From Endomicrobiales bacterium (lineage in GTDB: Bacteria > Elusimicrobiota > Endomicrobiia > Endomicrobiales > JALOBY01), in contig CAWCNJ010000003.1 of NCBI GenBank assembly GCA_963796955.1, positions 96,546-160,545 on the forward strand: a DNA stretch of 64,000 nucleotides, in the 5' to 3' direction. A program made the position numbers and the translations under genes. Under the pieces are notes generated by a model. It did not search any database and was not told the DNA's origin. It saw nothing but the letters and a program-made list of their open reading frames with translations. Positions 59,522 through 64,000 of this stretch are shown one piece after another (position 1 is the stretch's first letter; each line of letters opens with the position of its first letter).

Positions 59522-60306
59522 CGGGAAAATACACGCCGCTATACAAGCGAGTCGCCGACAGGCGCGTTGAACGCATCGACACCAGCGATCTCTGGATCGT
59601 GCCGTACGCTGATTTTATGACCATACTGATGATCTTCTTTCTCATGATGTTCGCGTTCGCCTATGTTTCCAAAACGGAAAAAAAATACGGCAGGATCATA
59701 ACCGATATCCAGAAAGAAATGGGCGGCAAGGTCAATACCGACCTGATAGAACGCATGATGGAAAAAGAGCAGACTGATCAGGCGGTGTTGAAGTTCGGCG
59801 AGATCGTTGAAAAGCAGCAATTATCAAAATATGTTACAATTAATTCTGATAAATCGCAGATTAAAATAGTTTTTAACAACCCGGTACTGTTCGATATAGG
59901 CCAGGCCGAACTGAAGCCTGAGTCCATAACTATACTGCATGAGATCGGTGTGATCTTGAAAGTGCTGCATAATGAGGTGGTCGTTGAGGGCCATACGGAT
60001 AATATACCGCTTTCGGGTGGGGGGAAATATAAATCCAACTGGGAGCTTTCCAACGCCAGGGCGCTCGCGGTTGTCAAGTATTTCATTGATTCAGCACAGC
60101 TGCCCCCTGAGTTGTTCGCGACCGCCGGCTACGGTGAATTCCGCCCGGTGTATCCGAACGATTCCGAGGAACACCGGAACCTTAACCGCCGTATCGAGAT
60201 AAATATTATCAGAGGGAGCTCCAAAGTCTCGGCGGCCCAGGAAGAGCAGGTCAAAGGGCAGATCAACGAGGCGACGCGCAACAAAAGCGGTGTTGAGGTC
60301 CATTAG
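59518..60306 (+). CDS. motB: MotB-family stator subunit 2 (TM plus OmpA-like domain)
   Basis: WIVPYADFMTILMIFFLMMFA; LFDIGQA, EGHTD, SNWELSNARA, GYGEFRP, NRRIEI. Confidence 0.9.
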   Translation: MTGKYTPLYKRVADRRVERIDTSDLWIVPYADFMTILMIFFLMMFAFAYVSKTEKKYGRIITDIQKEMGGKVNTDLIERMMEKEQTDQAVLKFGEIVEKQQLSKYVTINSDKSQIKIVFNNPVLFDIGQAELKPESITILHEIGVILKVLHNEVVVEGHTDNIPLSGGGKYKSNWELSNARALAVVKYFIDSAQLPPELFATAGYGEFRPVYPNDSEEHRNLNRRIEINIIRGSSKVSAAQEEQVKGQINEATRNKSGVEVH

Positions 60307-60321
60307 GTTATCAAATATCCA

Positions 60322-60350
60322 TTGACAACATTCCCTGAAAGGGCTATGAT
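60322..60350 (+). promoter_or_regulatory. Sigma70 promoter of the two-component module
   Basis: TTGACA (60322-27), 17 nt spacer, TATGAT (60345-50). Confidence 0.7.
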
Positions 60351-60390
60351 ATTGTTGGTAAGATTAGAATAGTTAGTACGGAGAAAAACT

Positions 60391-60954
60391 ATGAAAGAAA
60401 TATTCACCACATTCGAAGTAGCCAAGATGTGCAATGTCGACATCACGACCGTCATTAACTGGGTAAATACCGGTAAGCTGGCCGCCTACAAAACACCCGG
60501 CGGACACCGCCGCATACGGCGCAACGATTTTGTGGATTTCCTGAAAAAATTCGACCTGCCGGTCCCCCGTGGCCTTGCCAAGGCCGTGCCCATAATCCTG
60601 ATCGTAGAAGATGAGCCGCAGATACGGGCTCTGATGAAGAAGATCATACAGACAAAATACGCCGATGCCGAGATACATGAGACCGACGATGGTTTCGAAG
60701 CCGGCAAGCTTTTGGCGGAAACTTCTCCGAATCTCGTCATCCTGGACTTGAAACTGAAAGGGATCGACGGTTTTCAGGTATGCAAACTGATACGGGACGA
60801 CCGCCGCCTTAAACACACCAAGATACTGGCGGTGACGGGCTATCATTCACAGGCCGTTAAGCAACAGATACTCAAGATGGGCGCCAACGGGTATCTGCAA
60901 AAGCCGTTCACGCCCGCTGAAATGCTTGACCAGGTAAAGAAGTATATTGAATAA
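60391..60954 (+). CDS. Response regulator with N-terminal excisionase-like (HTH_17) DNA-binding domain
   Basis: FTTFEVAKMCNV...TVINW...KTPGGHRRI; receiver IVEDE, LDL, VTG, KPF. Confidence 0.9.
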   Translation: MKEIFTTFEVAKMCNVDITTVINWVNTGKLAAYKTPGGHRRIRRNDFVDFLKKFDLPVPRGLAKAVPIILIVEDEPQIRALMKKIIQTKYADAEIHETDDGFEAGKLLAETSPNLVILDLKLKGIDGFQVCKLIRDDRRLKHTKILAVTGYHSQAVKQQILKMGANGYLQKPFTPAEMLDQVKKYIE

Positions 60955-60973
60955 AACGTAGTGAAAGGACGCC

Positions 60974-62587
60974 ATGGAGAAGATCCTGGTTGTCGACGAT
61001 GAATTGGGGATCCTGGAACTGTGCAAAACGGTTCTGAAACGTGAGGGGTATGAAGTCGTTGTTACCTCGCACCCCAGGGAAGTCGCAACTATAGTCAGCA
61101 ATGAGAATATAGACCTCGCCATCATCGACATGAAAATGCCGGGTATGGACGGTATACAGTTGCTGAAAATAGTAAAAGCCGCATCCCCCCAGACGGAAGC
61201 CATCATGTTCAGCGGCCAGGCAACGGCCGAATCCGCCATAGAGTCGCTGAAACTCGGCGCCTACGACTACATTTTAAAACCTTTCAACCTTAACGATTTC
61301 CTGGTATCCGTAAAAAAATGTCTCGAATATAAACGTCTGCGCATTAACGAGAACACGTTCCGCGAAACCACATACCTCTATCAGCTGGCAAATGAAATAA
61401 CGAAATCACAGACGGAAAAACAGCTGCTTGAATTCATTCTCGAGCGCGGCGTTAAAACGGCCAATGCGGACGCAGGCTCCATATTTATGCTGATGTCTGA
61501 GGGCGAGGCCCTTGCCCCCATGGCGTTTTACGGCGCGCCTGAAAATTGCGTAACGGACGTCAAGATCGGTGAAGGCGTGGCCGGCTGGGTCGCGAAGAAC
61601 CGCCAATCGCTGCTGATACAGGACGGTCTCTCGAATGTTCCCGCGCTTCAGAGCAACTCGGCTCGCCATGAAATAGTGTCGTCAATGGTGGTGCCCCTGA
61701 TAAATCAGGAAGTGCTTATCGGTGTATTGTGTATAAACCGGTTCGTCAGCCGCACGAACTACCAATTTACCCCGCACGACCTGGAATCCCTGGAGATCTT
61801 CGCGCTGCACGCCACCCTGATAATCACGGGGCTCAGGTACCACCAGTCCATCGTTGAACTTGACCAGATGAAATCTGATTTTGTCGCCAATGTATCGCAT
61901 GAACTGCGCACGCCCTTGATGGCGATAAGCGGGGCGATAGAGTTACTGACCGGTTACGCGGAAAAAATGGTGAAAGATGAAAAGGTCAATCTGTTCCTGG
62001 GTCTTATAACCCGCAATACGGAGCGCATGAGAACCTTATTGAACGACCTGCTGGATTTCTCGCGCCTTGAAAGCAACCAGCTTAAGCTTTCGCCCACCAA
62101 ATATATGCTTGACGTGCAGCTGGCGGAAACGATCCAGGACCTGGAAATGAAGGCACGGGAAAAAGCGATCACGTTAAAGTACAGGGAACCGGCTGAACAT
62201 ATTGAGGCCTACGCCGATCATGAGCGGATCAAGCAGGTGGCGGCTAACCTTATCAGCAATGCTATAAAGTTCACACCTGAGGGCGGCCTTATCACCGTCG
62301 AATGCGGCTGCGACGGCAAAATAGTGGAGTTCTCCGTAAAGGATAACGGTGTGGGAATACCTCTTGATAAACAAACGAAAATATTCGAGAAATTCTTTCA
62401 AGTCGATACTTCGGCTTCACGGTCACACGGCGGCTTCGGCATCGGCCTCTCCATCTGTAAATCGGTGGTGGAAAAGCACGGGGGCAAGATCTCAGTATTA
62501 TCCGAGCCGGGGCAGGGCTCAACCTTCACCGTAAAACTTCCAGTGCAAACTAACAGCGCCGTGTGTGCTGATGAAAGGGGAAAATGA
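60974..62587 (+). CDS. Cytoplasmic hybrid histidine kinase REC-GAF-HisKA-HATPase
   Basis: VVDDE/DMKMPGMDG/KPF; GEGVAGWV and SSMVVPL..IGVL GAF; VSHELRTPL; NLISNAIKFT, DNGVGI, GGFGIGL; no TM. Confidence 0.93.
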   Translation: MEKILVVDDELGILELCKTVLKREGYEVVVTSHPREVATIVSNENIDLAIIDMKMPGMDGIQLLKIVKAASPQTEAIMFSGQATAESAIESLKLGAYDYILKPFNLNDFLVSVKKCLEYKRLRINENTFRETTYLYQLANEITKSQTEKQLLEFILERGVKTANADAGSIFMLMSEGEALAPMAFYGAPENCVTDVKIGEGVAGWVAKNRQSLLIQDGLSNVPALQSNSARHEIVSSMVVPLINQEVLIGVLCINRFVSRTNYQFTPHDLESLEIFALHATLIITGLRYHQSIVELDQMKSDFVANVSHELRTPLMAISGAIELLTGYAEKMVKDEKVNLFLGLITRNTERMRTLLNDLLDFSRLESNQLKLSPTKYMLDVQLAETIQDLEMKAREKAITLKYREPAEHIEAYADHERIKQVAANLISNAIKFTPEGGLITVECGCDGKIVEFSVKDNGVGIPLDKQTKIFEKFFQVDTSASRSHGGFGIGLSICKSVVEKHGGKISVLSEPGQGSTFTVKLPVQTNSAVCADERGK

Positions 62588-62588
62588 A

Positions 62589-62966
62589 ATGGCCGAGAAA
62601 ACAAAAAAAAGCACTATTCTTTGCGTCGATGATGAGCCCGATATCCTGATAGTGCTCAGCGAGTATTTGACGAACGAGGGCTTTAACGTGCTGACCGCGG
62701 ACAGCGGTGAAGCAGCCATCGGCGTAATAAAGGCGCAAAGAGTAGATCTGGTGCTGCTTGATATGGCCATGCCGAAGATGAACGGCATTGAAACGCTCAA
62801 CGAGATAAAGAATATCAAGGCGGATGTGCCGGCCATCATGATAACCGCCTATCGCGACGCTGAAAAGGTCGTTGAGGCCTTCCGTTTAGGTGCCTTCGAC
62901 TGTATCTTCAAACCATTCGACCTCAAGTATCTCAGAAAAGCGATCATGGCGAAGCTTCTGGAGTAG
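62589..62966 (+). CDS. Single-domain response regulator
   Basis: CVDDE, LDMAMP, ITA, KPF; no output domain. Confidence 0.92.
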   Translation: MAEKTKKSTILCVDDEPDILIVLSEYLTNEGFNVLTADSGEAAIGVIKAQRVDLVLLDMAMPKMNGIETLNEIKNIKADVPAIMITAYRDAEKVVEAFRLGAFDCIFKPFDLKYLRKAIMAKLLE

Positions 62967-62974
62967 CCGCTTCC

Positions 62975-63003
62975 TTGACTGTCCCATGCGGGTTTGGTAG
63001 AAT
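62975..63003 (+). promoter_or_regulatory. Sigma70 promoter of trxA-trxB
   Basis: TTGACT (62975-80), 17 nt spacer, TAGAAT (62998-63003) with extended TG. Confidence 0.65.
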
Positions 63004-63039
63004 GTCGCTAGACAGTTCGTTCAGTTCAAGGGAGGGGTT

Positions 63040-63360
63040 ATGGCCGGACTTGTGATAAGTGAAGGTAATTTTGACGCCGAAGTGATCAAATCAAATCTGC
63101 CCGTACTGGTTGATTTTTGGGCTCCCTGGTGCGGTCCCTGCCGGATGATAGGACCGGTCGTTGAAGAAATAGCGCTGGAGTTCACCGGAAAGATCAAGGT
63201 CGGCAAGCTTAACACCGATGAGAACCTCAATGTCGCGACCCAGTACCAGATATCCTCCATTCCCACGCTGATGATCTTCAAGGGCGGCAAGGTCGTGCAA
63301 AAGATGGTCGGTTTTAAATCCAAGAACGATCTTAAGAAAATCGTAGAAAGCGTACTCTAA
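63040..63360 (+). CDS. trxA: Thioredoxin
   Basis: VDFWAPWCGPC, SIPTL. Confidence 0.98.
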   Translation: MAGLVISEGNFDAEVIKSNLPVLVDFWAPWCGPCRMIGPVVEEIALEFTGKIKVGKLNTDENLNVATQYQISSIPTLMIFKGGKVVQKMVGFKSKNDLKKIVESVL

Positions 63361-63362
63361 TT

Positions 63363-64000
63363 ATGCCCGATCCATTATACGACGTTGTCATCATCGGCGG
63401 AGGGCCTTCCGGGCTCACCGCCGGTTTATATTGTGCACGGGCGATGCTGAAAACGCTGCTGATAGAAAGGGCGGGTTGCGGCGGACAGACCGCGAGCGCC
63501 GATTTTATCGAGAATTACCCGGCCATTGAAGAAGGCATCGCGGGTTTTGAACTGGCGATGAAAATAGAGACCCAGGCGAAGAAATTCGGCCTGGAGATAA
63601 TTTACGAAGAAGTCCGGACGGTATCGGACGCGGGTACGGTAAAGACAGTATTCACCGGAGACCGGTCATACCTCTGTAAAGCCGTCATAATCTCAAGCGG
63701 CGCGGACCACCGGCCTCTGGGTGTACCCAGCGAGACCGAGTTCATCGGCAAAGGCGTATCGTACTGCGCTACCTGCGACGGCGCGTTCTACAAGGAAAAA
63801 CTGGTCGCGGTCGTCGGGGGCGGCGATTCCGCCGTGCAGGAAGCGCTTTTCCTGACGCGTTTCGCCAGCAAGGTGCTGGTGGTGCACCGGCGCGACAAAC
63901 TGCGCGCGACGCCGATCCTGCAAAAACGCGCTTTGGCCAACCCTAAAATAGAGCTGGTGCTGGATACGACGGTCACGAGCATTGAAGGCGTGAACAAGGT
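63363..64000 (+). CDS. trxB: Thioredoxin-disulfide reductase (3' truncated by window edge)
   Basis: Read by hand from ATG 63363: YDVVIIGGGPSGLTAG, IENYP, GVSYCATCDG, VVGGGDSAVQEA, VHRRD; no stop before the window end. Confidence 0.95.
   Translation, partial: MPDPLYDVVIIGGGPSGLTAGLYCARAMLKTLLIERAGCGGQTASADFIENYPAIEEGIAGFELAMKIETQAKKFGLEIIYEEVRTVSDAGTVKTVFTGDRSYLCKAVIISSGADHRPLGVPSETEFIGKGVSYCATCDGAFYKEKLVAVVGGGDSAVQEALFLTRFASKVLVVHRRDKLRATPILQKRALANPKIELVLDTTVTSIEGVNK

Noticed and set aside
58077..60306. Zorya anti-phage system (ZorA/ZorB)
   Set aside because: MotA lacks the long ZorA cytoplasmic tail, and no ZorC/D/E-like helicase or nuclease follows.
60308..60362. Imperfect inverted repeat around the two-component promoter as an operator
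   Set aside because: Only short AT-rich matches (AATATC/GATATT), not distinguishable from chance.
60391..60560. Excisionase-like HTH as a sign of a mobile element
   Set aside because: It is fused to a receiver domain within a two-component operon.

Overview
A 64-kb window of bacterial chromosome in which every supportable gene lies on the + strand. The gene content (LolA, CpXC, DUF5693-csaB, proteins with FlgD/T9SS-like C-terminal domains) suggests a diderm, possibly Elusimicrobiota-like organism; this is an inference. Order: end of a secreted FN3 protein; GT4 glycosyltransferase; AT-rich nucleotidyltransferase plus small partner (possible toxin-antitoxin pair); rimP-nusA-infB-rbfA-nrnA-truB-ribF; rpsO-pnp-accB; ftsK-lolA-rodZ-rimO-pgsA-pgpA-MBL hydrolase-xerD-Smr. 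Next is a ~15-kb MoxR/DUF58/BatA-vWA/DUF4159/vWA-GATase-like/DUF4175 cluster with two tandem DUF2723 (TMEM260/GT-C-like) glycosyltransferases embedded, followed by a TPR metallopeptidase. Then CpXC, tRNA nucleotidyltransferase, M50 protease, trpS, scpAB, galT-like, glgA, DUF5693-csaB, a secreted beta-propeller-like protein, ftsX-envC-ctpA-yibQ-like-tsaD-dusB-larB-larC, a MotA plus two MotB stator operon with no flagellar genes nearby, a three-gene two-component module and trxA-trxB (partial). I found no rRNA, tRNA, CRISPR array or transposase. Top leads: (1) MotA-MotB1-MotB2, with FliG-contact residues altered; (2) the MoxR cluster with paired GT-C enzymes, which holds five of the six reading-frame lesions seen; (3) an FtsX lacking both the FtsE-coupling loop and an adjacent ftsE. 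Several structured leaders and two copies of a REP-like palindrome are also visible. All family assignments are by motif recognition; no searches were run.
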